Source of the DNA: a virus
Taxonomy: Duplodnaviria; Caudoviricetes
Virus record (IMG/VR): IMGVR_UViG_3300042465_001918
Location: 1 to 63,406 of that record
Reading direction: 5' to 3' (one strand)
Length of the DNA stretch: 63,406 nucleotides
Within the stretch, counting starts at the first letter, position 1, and the number at the start of each line of letters is the position of its first letter. This document shows positions 18,523 to 27,355 of this stretch, piece after piece. The notes under the pieces are model-generated. The model searched no databases. It worked only from the letters and a program-made list of their open reading frames with translations, and was not told the origin of the DNA. A program made the translations under genes and the position numbers.

Positions 18523-19674
18523 TTACAACATTGAGATGGCTAACTCAGACAAGCCGCCTGACTTCATCTTTTTGGTGGACATGATGCCGCCCTTTTTACC
18601 GCCAAACATTTTTGTCGCCGCCGCGCCGCCTGCTGGCCCCATCAAATACGCACCGGCCAAGGATGTTCCAAGACCCAACGCCTGCTGCCCAAAGGATGGC
18701 CCGGGTGTGTATGTGCTGGATGTTGTGCCATACGGCGTTCCACGCATGATGTTTGACATGAACTCAAGCTGCTCATACGGGTACTTCTTCCCCTTGAGGA
18801 ACTCTTCGTAGTCCGTTTGTAATTTTGATTGTTCTTTTGCTTCGCGCTGACCACCCGCTCTTTGTAAAGCGCCCAATGCATCAACTTCCTGAGCGAACTC
18901 GGCAGTGCCAAGCTCGCCAAGTCTGCCTGAAGCAGCCAAGGCGGCTTCAAGACCCTTCAAACCTAAGCCCTCACCAAACTGGCGCGAACTCTCACCAAAC
19001 TGTTTTGTGCTTTCAGCCAGAGCCTGCTCTTTGTTGAACTGATCAAGCCCCTTTGTGTAAGCTTCTTGCAGTCCGCGAGCCTGAATGTCGCCCTTTTGTG
19101 TGGCTAGATTACGAGCAGCTTCGGCGTCCATGATGGCTTGTCGGCTACCGCCAAAAGCACCTGATTTAACAGCTTCTGCACCGCGCTGAGTGCCTTGAAT
19201 GTCTGCCGCCCTCTGAGCTTCACGCTGCTGAATGTCAACCACGCTCTGCATGTACGGGTCCATGTACTGACCCGCCTGAGCACCAAACCCACCCGGCTGA
19301 TAGTCTGACTTGTACGGGTCATAACTCAAACCTAGCGCTCTTTTTGAGGCTTCGCCAGCAATACCGGCGGCTTCACCAAGATTTCCAGACGGCCTTAGAC
19401 TTTCAACGCCGGAGAAAAACTTGTTTTGTAGCGGGTCAAACTCAGCAATACGCTCACCGGTATAGGCTTGGTATGGGTTTTGTGTAGTGTCTGTGAGCGC
19501 TCTAGCTTTGCCAAGACCCTCCTTTGCCGCCTCTTCCATAAAAGGGGCAATTTCATTCTTGGTCGTAGATGTAGACCCGCCGCCGCCGTAGATGATGCGG
19601 CCAGCCTCTTTGCGGGTAACGCTGTCGCCGAGCGGCTCGCCAAATGCTTCAAGTTGTCTGCGTGAGAGGTTCAT
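18523..19674 (-). CDS. Putative DNA-ejection/pilot protein (P22 gp7 position)
   Basis: Leader then GGGGSTSTT; YMDPY, GAFGGSRQAI; C-terminal Gly-rich hydrophobic segment. Confidence 0.65.
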   Translation of the reverse strand: MNLSRRQLEAFGEPLGDSVTRKEAGRIIYGGGGSTSTTKNEIAPFMEEAAKEGLGKARALTDTTQNPYQAYTGERIAEFDPLQNKFFSGVESLRPSGNLGEAAGIAGEASKRALGLSYDPYKSDYQPGGFGAQAGQYMDPYMQSVVDIQQREAQRAADIQGTQRGAEAVKSGAFGGSRQAIMDAEAARNLATQKGDIQARGLQEAYTKGLDQFNKEQALAESTKQFGESSRQFGEGLGLKGLEAALAASGRLGELGTAEFAQEVDALGALQRAGGQREAKEQSKLQTDYEEFLKGKKYPYEQLEFMSNIMRGTPYGTTSSTYTPGPSFGQQALGLGTSLAGAYLMGPAGGAAATKMFGGKKGGIMSTKKMKSGGLSELAISML

Positions 19675-20075
19675 AATTTAACTCCTACAATCCTGTATTT
19701 CTCTTCAAAGCCGTATCTGGTCCAAAGACGGGCCACTGAATCTCTCGCAGCGCCTTCGATGCATGTGGCACCCATCGAGGCTGCGTAGGATTTTAACTGT
19801 TTAAACATATCATCGCTACTAATCAGTTTGCCGCCTATGGCAAGAATAAAACAGACCCTGTCATTGGGCCGGTTAAAAAACTGCACGATAGCCATGCCGT
19901 GGATTCCATCGTCGTCTGTCGCAACCAGTAAGCTCCATTGGCCCGTGGTAACCATGACCTTGGCCTGTTCGGCTGTGTACTCACCCTTTGAATGGGACAG
20001 CGCAGACTCAACAAAAGGCGCAACATGCGGCCATGTCTGATTAACCCATTCGTTGGGGACGTACTGAACGTTCAT
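19671..20075 (-). CDS. GNAT-fold virion assembly protein (P22 gp14 position)
   Basis: IEGAARDSVARLWTRYGFEE GNAT-like C-terminus; synteny. Confidence 0.6.
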   Translation of the reverse strand: MNVQYVPNEWVNQTWPHVAPFVESALSHSKGEYTAEQAKVMVTTGQWSLLVATDDDGIHGMAIVQFFNRPNDRVCFILAIGGKLISSDDMFKQLKSYAASMGATCIEGAARDSVARLWTRYGFEEKYRIVGVKL

Positions 20076-21097
20076 GCAGGAAGCAGTTTTTCTGCGCGGC
20101 TATTGACCGCTACACGGCCTTGCCCGATAGACTTCTTACGGGCATTCTGAACCCGCGCCAGCATTTGATAAAGCTTTCGAGCGCCAGCCTCGGTTGATCC
20201 ATTGCCCAACTCAGAAACAATCCTCGCAGGAACGACAAACTCGCCATCCGCAAGCCTAGCGGGTTGCTTGTTGGCAATCGTTGCTGGGATGGAGTCCGAG
20301 ACGCCATCGCCGGGGCCGCGCAAAAGTCTGCCGCCATCGGAGTAGTCTCCGAGATTGGCAATGCCGCCTTGGGCTAGGGCAGGTGTTCCTTCGCTTTGAC
20401 CACTGATGTCTCCGCCGCCAATGCCTTCACCGCCGCCAGTATCGCTGCCCTGTTCTGCTGGGTTGCCCACACCCGACTGGTAACTTGTTAAACCCATTGG
20501 ATTGTTCGAATACGTACCCCGGCTGTCTACAGGAACTCCGTAGTTGGGCTGGCTCGCCGGGGGGTCAAAAAAGTTTGCAATGCCGCCAACTATAGGACTT
20601 GATAAAGCACCGCTAAGTGCTTTAGCGGCCATCCCTCCGGGCACTACCATGCTTATAAAATCACTTACTTTTCCCATGCGGGCATCACGCGCACCGGGGA
20701 TGTTGGCCTCGTTGTCAAGGAAAGCAGCAGTACGTGGGTCTAGCGGTACATCTTGGCCTCCATCACTGCCACTGCCACTGCCATTTTTTGCAAAAGAATT
20801 ATTTATTGGATTATTGTCCGTCACTAGCGTATATTTTTGCGTTACCGGGTCATATGTGTACTTGGGCACATTAGAAGACGCCGCTGTAACACCGTCTATC
20901 TGAGTGTATTTGCCTGTGATGGGGTCATATGTGTATGTTGGAATGCCGCCAGCAGCCATTCTGGGAATATTAGAAATGCCGCCACTAGCAAAGCGCTGAC
21001 CGCCATTAGCCATCAGCGTTTCCATCATGTTGCGATCCGACATGTTCTGCACGGTGTTTAAACCACCTAGACCGGAAGATTGCATTGGATAGTTCAT
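20072..21097 (-). CDS. Putative internal virion protein with multiple hydrophobic-xxGG motifs
   Basis: MANGG, FASGG, MAAGG, LAQGG, YSDGG; GPGDGVSDSIPA...LADGEFVVPA. Confidence 0.7.
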   Translation of the reverse strand: MNYPMQSSGLGGLNTVQNMSDRNMMETLMANGGQRFASGGISNIPRMAAGGIPTYTYDPITGKYTQIDGVTAASSNVPKYTYDPVTQKYTLVTDNNPINNSFAKNGSGSGSDGGQDVPLDPRTAAFLDNEANIPGARDARMGKVSDFISMVVPGGMAAKALSGALSSPIVGGIANFFDPPASQPNYGVPVDSRGTYSNNPMGLTSYQSGVGNPAEQGSDTGGGEGIGGGDISGQSEGTPALAQGGIANLGDYSDGGRLLRGPGDGVSDSIPATIANKQPARLADGEFVVPARIVSELGNGSTEAGARKLYQMLARVQNARKKSIGQGRVAVNSRAEKLLPA

Positions 21098-21107
21098 GTC
21101 TTGACTT

Positions 21108-21380
21108 TCATATCGAGGTCTTTATGCGAAGCATTTGACTGTTAACCTGTACACCATCCTGCGTGTCCCTGTACACATCGCCAAGCCTTAAGGTGGCGAG
21201 GTCGGCTTCAGTTGGAAGCGTGTCAAGGTTAAAGTTTAACGCAGACCCAGCTATGTCGCCGGGGTTGTCTAACTGGTTGAAATACAGGCGTAGAGAGCTA
21301 AGCAGCACCTCCATATACTGCTGGTTGTATTCAGCCGGAGGACTTACTAAACGCGGAGCACGGACTAAGGGATTGCTCAT
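21108..21380 (-). CDS. Hypothetical tail protein
   Basis: PPAEYNQQY...LRLYFNQLD; follows tail tubular gene. Confidence 0.6.
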   Translation of the reverse strand: MSNPLVRAPRLVSPPAEYNQQYMEVLLSSLRLYFNQLDNPGDIAGSALNFNLDTLPTEADLATLRLGDVYRDTQDGVQVNSQMLRIKTSI

Positions 21381-21383
21381 CGC

Positions 21384-23537
21384 TTACCTCCGTCCGTCTG
21401 GGCGTATGTCGAGGGAAGGCACACCTAGCTGCCACTGCACCCCAAGGGTGTTTGAGCTAATTCTGAACGCCATTTGACGCCCACGGACCCTAACATACAC
21501 GATCTGGGTGAACTGCTGCACCTCGTAGTTGCGGGTGGCTTGATAGTTTTGCGTACTGGTGACCGTAGGGGTTGCCGATGAACTGTAGTTTGAGCCGGGG
21601 TTTTGCCGAGGCCGCAACGTCAGCGTGACCGCTGGGTTATTCACTGTAGAGCCGTTGAATGTAACGTCCGGGATCATCCGGTAACCAAAGCCGTAGTTGT
21701 GCCCGTCCCCGATATTGATGTCGGCAGATTGGCAGAAAGATTCAATTGCTATTGGCGGGTTGACCGTGCCGTCGTCTACACCGCTTTCGTGATATATAAG
21801 CTGTCCGTTATATCCAGCAGCCATTGGCGAAGCTCGCAGCGGCGAGTCAAGCCACGCCGTTCTTTCAAGGTTGCCGTATGACCAGATTTTTTCTAAATGG
21901 TTGTAAATTACGTATCGGTCAATATCTGTTGAATTGGCAGAACAGTAAAACCACCAAATCTCGTTGTATGCCTCATTGGTTCCGGAAAAAAACTGGAACG
22001 TTTGAGATAGATTAATGTCGTTGAAAACATACTGACGAAGAGGGCAATACAGGGTTTCAACCCGCCCAGAATACATGTAGAACTTGTCCACACCCATCCA
22101 GTAGGCAATATTATTGGCCGTAGATGTTGCATTTGGGCCAGCTATAGACAAGTTGTCGGCAAGAATTTGGAAACCCCATACATATGGTGGGCCAAGGTAT
22201 TGCATGGAATATAGAGCAGAGTCTGTCCACACCAAGATCTCTTGCCGCGACTGCATGGCGGTAATAATCTGAGAGCCTTCGCTAAGCGTGAAGCTACCCG
22301 CCTGATTTGTAATGGCCGGTGTCCACTGGGTATAGTCTTCTTGATCTGACCAGCGTACCAACATCGGATTCTGTACGGCGGAGCCGTAGTCGTTTACACC
22401 AAAACCAATGACAAAACGTGAGTTATCCGACACCATAACAAGGTTGCAAATGTCTGGAGTATCCCCAGCGGTCAGCAAGGTGCCACGATCAAAAATGTTT
22501 GGGTTGGCGTTGGTTTCCCAAAGATAAAGACCACCACCGCGTGGGTTAAAAATCAAGTCTTCGCCGTAGTTTGACTGACTCCACAGGCGAAGCTGAGTGC
22601 CAAGGCCAACACCTGCGGGTGCTGGCGAACCCCAGCCCACAGCACTAGAATTATCTTGCACTAAAGCGCCATCTAGGTGCGAAACTGCTAATGTTCCCGA
22701 CTGCCCCCGCGTGCAACCAGTCAACGTATTGCCGCCACCCTTTGCCGCATACGTAATGATCTCTGCGTCAATTATGATTGTGCCCGAAGCAGCAAACGCT
22801 GAATTGGAGACTAGCGTGATGGTTGTAACGCTGTTATTAATTGCGCCATTAAGCGTAGAAGATACCGGCGTTGGAGGGTTTATACCGCCCCAGCCGCCAG
22901 AACCCCAACCCACACTGACTGTGTAAACATCAGAGCCGGTTGTAATTTGATACGTACCAACGGTAGAACTGCCTCCAGCACCAACATCAGAAGCGTTTGC
23001 TGCAACGGTGGAAGTAATCGTGTAGCTGTTGTTGCTGATAACGGTTACTACTTGATACTCTTTATTGAGCACGGTAGCGGTAATTGCCCCGCCAAGGCTG
23101 GCTGCACCACTGTACGTAACAAAGTCTCCCGCCTGCGCTCCGTGCGCGGCATCGGTAACTGTCAGGGTGGTCGAGCCGTTGGTGGCCGCAAAGGTTACAT
23201 CCCCCGCAGCGGTTGTGAGGCGGATAGGCGTAATGTCGTAAAAAGTGCCGCCAGTGCCGTTCTGAATATAGAACTTGAGGTTTGTGCCAATGCCCAGCAG
23301 GTTGTAGCTAGACAGCGTAATCCAGTTAAACAGAGAGCGACATACACCCCAAAACGACCCCGCAGGGGGTGCTAGCGTAGCATTGGATGTGCCAGTATCT
23401 GCAACCCATCCGCCAATTTTTTCGGGATAGCCTGAGCGAAAACGCACCTTGTCCATCTCGAACCAAGTACCCTCGTTGGCTAGAGTTGTGGACTCTTTGT
23501 TGATTCCCGGTCTTAGCTGAAGTTTCTGTAGCGTCAC
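21384..23537 (-). CDS. Tail tubular/nozzle protein (P22 gp10-like beta-propeller)
   Basis: DKVRFRSGYPEKIGGW, VRWSDQED, EIWWFY, C-terminal DIRPDGRR. Confidence 0.7.
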   Translation of the reverse strand: MTLQKLQLRPGINKESTTLANEGTWFEMDKVRFRSGYPEKIGGWVADTGTSNATLAPPAGSFWGVCRSLFNWITLSSYNLLGIGTNLKFYIQNGTGGTFYDITPIRLTTAAGDVTFAATNGSTTLTVTDAAHGAQAGDFVTYSGAASLGGAITATVLNKEYQVVTVISNNSYTITSTVAANASDVGAGGSSTVGTYQITTGSDVYTVSVGWGSGGWGGINPPTPVSSTLNGAINNSVTTITLVSNSAFAASGTIIIDAEIITYAAKGGGNTLTGCTRGQSGTLAVSHLDGALVQDNSSAVGWGSPAPAGVGLGTQLRLWSQSNYGEDLIFNPRGGGLYLWETNANPNIFDRGTLLTAGDTPDICNLVMVSDNSRFVIGFGVNDYGSAVQNPMLVRWSDQEDYTQWTPAITNQAGSFTLSEGSQIITAMQSRQEILVWTDSALYSMQYLGPPYVWGFQILADNLSIAGPNATSTANNIAYWMGVDKFYMYSGRVETLYCPLRQYVFNDINLSQTFQFFSGTNEAYNEIWWFYCSANSTDIDRYVIYNHLEKIWSYGNLERTAWLDSPLRASPMAAGYNGQLIYHESGVDDGTVNPPIAIESFCQSADINIGDGHNYGFGYRMIPDVTFNGSTVNNPAVTLTLRPRQNPGSNYSSSATPTVTSTQNYQATRNYEVQQFTQIVYVRVRGRQMAFRISSNTLGVQWQLGVPSLDIRPDGRR

Positions 23538-23544
23538 GCTTACC

Positions 23545-24135
23545 TCACGCAGTTAGTACGTTAAGGGCGGAATTGATGTGCGCAACCCTGTCGGCAAGAC
23601 CTATTGTCCCACCGTTTATCTTTTTTGTCATCCCCGTGAAGTCCTTGGCATCGGCTTCTTTGTTTAAACTGCGCTTGTTCCAGTACCACGCTGCGGTCAG
23701 GGCTGCGTATTCTTTGGTCAGCACAAGGTCAGGGTCTTTGACGAAGTCCACGCCCAAGGCATCCGAAGCCAAGCGGTAGTTGTCTTTGCCGGTCAACTGA
23801 ATGAGGCCACGACCACGGAACTTCCAGCCATCGCCCTCATCGGTGTTGCCCATCCGGCCAGAGTAGACCTTGTTGGCGATCTTCTCGGGCTGGCGATGGA
23901 AAGGCTGTGCCGCGTCCTCTGACGGGAACCGGCTGGGCCATGTGGCGTTTAAACCCTTCGCACTGTAGTTCAGGTTCTCTTGCAGCGTCTTGAAGTTGGC
24001 AGACTCATGGGCACATTGCCCGATAAACGCAGCTTGGCGCTCCGGGGTGTTGATCTCAAAGCGGTTAAACGCCGCCGTCAGCGGCTCAAGCCATGACGGG
24101 TCGATGTGCATTTGCTCAAGTTGGTCTTCAGTCAT
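23545..24135 (-). CDS. Endolysin, glycoside hydrolase family 19
   Basis: FIGQCAHES, ENLNYS, GDGWKFRGRGLIQLTGKDNY, TKKINGG. Confidence 0.93.
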   Translation of the reverse strand: MTEDQLEQMHIDPSWLEPLTAAFNRFEINTPERQAAFIGQCAHESANFKTLQENLNYSAKGLNATWPSRFPSEDAAQPFHRQPEKIANKVYSGRMGNTDEGDGWKFRGRGLIQLTGKDNYRLASDALGVDFVKDPDLVLTKEYAALTAAWYWNKRSLNKEADAKDFTGMTKKINGGTIGLADRVAHINSALNVLTA

Positions 24136-24629
24136 TTGATTGCTGGAGCCTTAGAAAGAAGGTCTGTCTTGGCCTGTGAGCCAGCAGAGGAGCCAAAGTA
24201 GTAAGCAATGATGCCCGTCCAAGCGGTGGACAAACTGCCCAGCATCATCAAAATTGTAGGGTTGTTGCCGTCCACTTTGCCAAACATCATCATGCCAAGA
24301 ATGCCAAAAAACCCGACGGTGATGATTGCAGCCAGTGCAGGTGGCACGATTGATCTTGTTGCTGCTTGCATGTCACGCGCAGACTTCCTGTCTTCAACTT
24401 CCAGCTTCGCAAAGTTAAGGCCAAGCTCCTGCGCTTGTTTCTGCAACTCGATCTCAGCGATCTTGACCTGAGCAATCTGCTCTGCTGAAAGTTTGTTGTT
24501 TCCGATAAGATCGCTAACTTCAGTAGGATCGACTCCAGTGGCTTTGCTGATGGCGGCTACAGCCATCCCCACCAATGGCCCCCCCATCGCCGAAGCAATT
24601 GTCGGTGCAATTTGTTTTAACCAGTCCAT
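24132..24629 (-). CDS. Holin (3TM/GTA-type)
   Basis: DRKSARDMQ, two C-terminal TM helices, YYFGSS; adjacent to endolysin. Confidence 0.75.
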   Translation of the reverse strand: MDWLKQIAPTIASAMGGPLVGMAVAAISKATGVDPTEVSDLIGNNKLSAEQIAQVKIAEIELQKQAQELGLNFAKLEVEDRKSARDMQAATRSIVPPALAAIITVGFFGILGMMMFGKVDGNNPTILMMLGSLSTAWTGIIAYYFGSSAGSQAKTDLLSKAPAIK

Positions 24630-25237
24630 TACTGTTTACTCCTAGAAAGCATGGTTGCTGCGATTTGAAGCATGGCGCGGGTGTTGTCCATGTCTTCAGG
24701 CTGAGTAGCCCATCCGACTGTAATCTGGCCAACAAACCTGCCCGGCTCCGGTGGAACACTGATGCGGCACGTATAGGTGACGCCCTTGGCGATGTACCAC
24801 AAACCCATTTCTGACTGCGCTGACTTGTACTCGCTGCACGGAATCTCGTTTGCCATGAGCTTGACGACATCCGAATTGTTGCCTGCGTTCTGTGTAAACA
24901 GCCCCACGTCCAGCCCGTCGTTCGTTTTGTCCCTGCCGTCCTTGGCATAGGCCCGGTGCAGGATGCGTGTGCCAAACATCGAGTTGACCTTAAATACCGC
25001 CACGATCTGTGCGCCAGACTGTTTAAACAGATGAGCTGCTGCGTCTTCTACGCGATCTTCAGCGATGCTTGGAATCTTCTTGGACTCCTTGTACGCCCCT
25101 ATCAACAACTCTTGGTTTGTATATACAAAATAGCCCGCAAACGTGAGCACGGCCATGAGCACCATTGCAAAGAGACGGAAGGGGCTGCTGACATACGCCA
25201 GCACCTTGTCAACTAGGTTTAAACGCTCGTCGCTCAT
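24629..25237 (-). CDS. T4 T-like holin with periplasmic GAF-like domain (putative)
   Basis: One N-terminal TM, globular C-domain with two Cys; tail FVGQITVGW...LQIAATMLSRSK resembles T4 gpT tail as recalled. Confidence 0.55.
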   Translation of the reverse strand: MSDERLNLVDKVLAYVSSPFRLFAMVLMAVLTFAGYFVYTNQELLIGAYKESKKIPSIAEDRVEDAAAHLFKQSGAQIVAVFKVNSMFGTRILHRAYAKDGRDKTNDGLDVGLFTQNAGNNSDVVKLMANEIPCSEYKSAQSEMGLWYIAKGVTYTCRISVPPEPGRFVGQITVGWATQPEDMDNTRAMLQIAATMLSRSKQ

Positions 25238-25704
25238 TTTTGCTGCTCAAGGATGCCAATGGTAAAATAAAGGATAACGCCAATCAAGCCGAAGAAGATA
25301 ACCGCTAGCAAGGCCAACTCAACAACCTCATCCATTTCTGCTTTGCGCTTGGCCGCAGCTTCTTTTTCTCTGCGTGCATCATGGGCAGACTCCACATCCA
25401 TCGCCGCTGCTCTGGACTTAATCTTGTTCCAGACGTCTACCTTCCCCGCCTGCATAAACAGCAGTTGCAACTCATCCTCAAACCGCTTGGCTTGATCGAG
25501 CGCCATTTCAATCTGGATGGCAGTGCCCATTGAGGACTTGGACTTCTTGGCGGCAACAACAGCCTTGGTGGCGGTGGACTTCGCGTCAAAGTATTTGCCC
25601 AGCACAGGGCCAAGGGAGCTTACATCGTCAACAGTCTTGCTGACCTTTTTAATCAGTGCGACTGCTGCCTGTATACCCGCTAGGGCGCTTATGGGGTCGA
25701 TCAT
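25234..25704 (-). CDS. Membrane protein in lysis module
   Basis: MIDPISALA..., C-terminal TM. Confidence 0.7.
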   Translation of the reverse strand: MIDPISALAGIQAAVALIKKVSKTVDDVSSLGPVLGKYFDAKSTATKAVVAAKKSKSSMGTAIQIEMALDQAKRFEDELQLLFMQAGKVDVWNKIKSRAAAMDVESAHDARREKEAAAKRKAEMDEVVELALLAVIFFGLIGVILYFTIGILEQQK

Positions 25705-25817
25705 TTCTTACGCCATTGCAAGCACCAGACCAGCAGACGGTCAGGCGTCCACGTCCACTTCACGCACTCAAATACGGGCGATTTTGCCGCTGGCGGTGGA
25801 GGTGGCAGGGAGTCCAC
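25701..25817 (-). CDS. Small Pro/Trp/Cys peptide (38 aa, GTG start)
   Basis: (M)DSLPPPPPAAKSPVFECVKWTWTPDRLLVWCLQWRKK fills the gap; ATGA overlap. Confidence 0.5.
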   Translation of the reverse strand: MDSLPPPPPAAKSPVFECVKWTWTPDRLLVWCLQWRKK

Positions 25818-25820
25818 AAT

Positions 25821-26888
25821 TTACGCAGTCCGATGCCACACATACACAACAATGTACGGCTGGAGGTTGGCGTTAGTGCCAGAGACGCCTGCGGCTACGT
25901 TTGTTGTTGCGACTGTGATGTCGGTTACGGCGGTTCCAGTATTTACTGCTCCTCCTGCGGTACTACCTGTTGTATATCCCGCACCGCCGCTGACAGGTGT
26001 TGAACCACCCCTTGCAGTTGCTGAATGGAAGTGGCCCGGGTCAGTGACAATGGAAGTCGCGGTATGGTTATGGCTAACCACCACTGCATCAGCCGAACCG
26101 CCCGTAGCGCCTGCGGTAAACCCGCCGCCATCACCAATTAAAACCCTACCTGCGCCAAAGGCTGTCCAAGTGCCAAAACCAAGCAACGTGGCAGGATTCG
26201 TTGCGTTGGCAGCGTTAAAGTAGAGAGAGCCGACTGGGTGTTGGGCCTCAATTGCCGCTTGGACAAACGCCGTGGTTGCAAGTTGAGTATTGTTTGTACC
26301 CAGCGTCTCGGTGTTGCTCGTGCAGTTGTCCAGCGTGCCAGATGTGGGGGTTCCAAGAATGGGAGTTACCAGCGTTGGGCTTGTGCTCAGGACGGTGTTG
26401 CCTGTGCCTGTAGAAGTGGTTACGCCTGTGCCGCCGTTAGCCACCGGAAGAACCCCGGTCAGGTTGGCGGCTTCGATGGTGTAGAAATTCGTTGCGTCAC
26501 TAAAAACAACCAGCTTCTTAAATGCTGGGACTGCGATGCCTGCGCCCGCTGCGGTTGTGTTGCCCAGCACCGTGGAGTTGTAGATCGTTGCTGTGTAGGC
26601 AGTGGTGTTGTAGATGATGTAGGTCTTCTCCTGCGGGGGAGCGTAGACGGCAAAGTTGGCTGTGGTCGTGGTAGTCAGTGCAATGACGGCATTTCGCGCT
26701 TGGTCAGGCGCACCGTCCAGCGCAGTGAAGGCTTGGTTGGCCGAGGTAACGGACACCGACACATACCCAGCAATAGCCGACTCAATGATCGTGCCGAGGT
26801 TGGTGTTGGTCGTGGTGTCCCACGTACCAGCTTGTTCACCAGCGCCAATCAGTTCGATCCGCAGTGAGGAGGAGTAGGTGCTTGCCAT
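25821..26888 (-). CDS. Tail fibre/baseplate-type protein (T4 gp10/gp12 collar-like C-terminus)
   Basis: HPVGSLYFN..NPATLLGFGTW..FGAGRV; NLQPYIVVYVWHRTA. Confidence 0.75.
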   Translation of the reverse strand: MASTYSSSLRIELIGAGEQAGTWDTTTNTNLGTIIESAIAGYVSVSVTSANQAFTALDGAPDQARNAVIALTTTTTANFAVYAPPQEKTYIIYNTTAYTATIYNSTVLGNTTAAGAGIAVPAFKKLVVFSDATNFYTIEAANLTGVLPVANGGTGVTTSTGTGNTVLSTSPTLVTPILGTPTSGTLDNCTSNTETLGTNNTQLATTAFVQAAIEAQHPVGSLYFNAANATNPATLLGFGTWTAFGAGRVLIGDGGGFTAGATGGSADAVVVSHNHTATSIVTDPGHFHSATARGGSTPVSGGAGYTTGSTAGGAVNTGTAVTDITVATTNVAAGVSGTNANLQPYIVVYVWHRTA

Positions 26889-26921
26889 AGGAGTCCTTTA
26901 GTTCGGGGTATTTTCGCAGGT

Positions 26922-27173
26922 TTACGGCGTACTGTCAGCCGCTGCTTCTAGAGCGGTGATGATTGTCTTTAGGGCGGCAACATCAGTAGCGGCGTCAACA
27001 GCAGTCTGCATCTCAGCGTACTTGGTGCGAATGGCGGCACGGTCTTCTTCAGCAGCCACTGCCTCAGACGGAATGGTGGCCTTCACATCTAACGGTGCAA
27101 ACTCTTGGGCGCGGGCGGCTCTACGCGCATCATGCGTGATGGCCTTGGCCTTGGTCAGGTTGATGGTAATCAT
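26922..27173 (-). CDS. Putative tail fibre assembly protein, part 2
   Basis: MITINLTKAKAI...RRAARAQEFAPLDV; follows fibre gene. Confidence 0.6.
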   Translation of the reverse strand: MITINLTKAKAITHDARRAARAQEFAPLDVKATIPSEAVAAEEDRAAIRTKYAEMQTAVDAATDVAALKTIITALEAAADSTP

Positions 27174-27346
27174 GCTGTGTATTCCCATGCGTTGCGGAAT
27201 GTTCGGTCTGATGGAATGTCTGCAACATCAACGATGGCGTACTCAGCGCCCTCTGGAATATCTTTCATGCAGGCTTCAATGGTGTCAGCGGGGACGATGA
27301 CAGCAACGCCGCCATCAGTTGTTTTATAAATAATTCGTTGGGTCAT
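27170..27346 (-). CDS. Putative tail fibre assembly protein, part 1 (58 aa, not in track)
   Basis: MTQRIIYKTTDGGVAVIVP...KDIPEG...IPSDRTFRNAWEYTA. Confidence 0.65.
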   Translation of the reverse strand: MTQRIIYKTTDGGVAVIVPADTIEACMKDIPEGAEYAIVDVADIPSDRTFRNAWEYTA

Positions 27347-27355
27347 GGTGTTCTT

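Noticed and set aside
26922-27346. Programmed frameshift fusing the two fibre-assembly ORFs
   Set aside because: The junction is an ordinary ATGA overlap with no obvious slippery heptamer.
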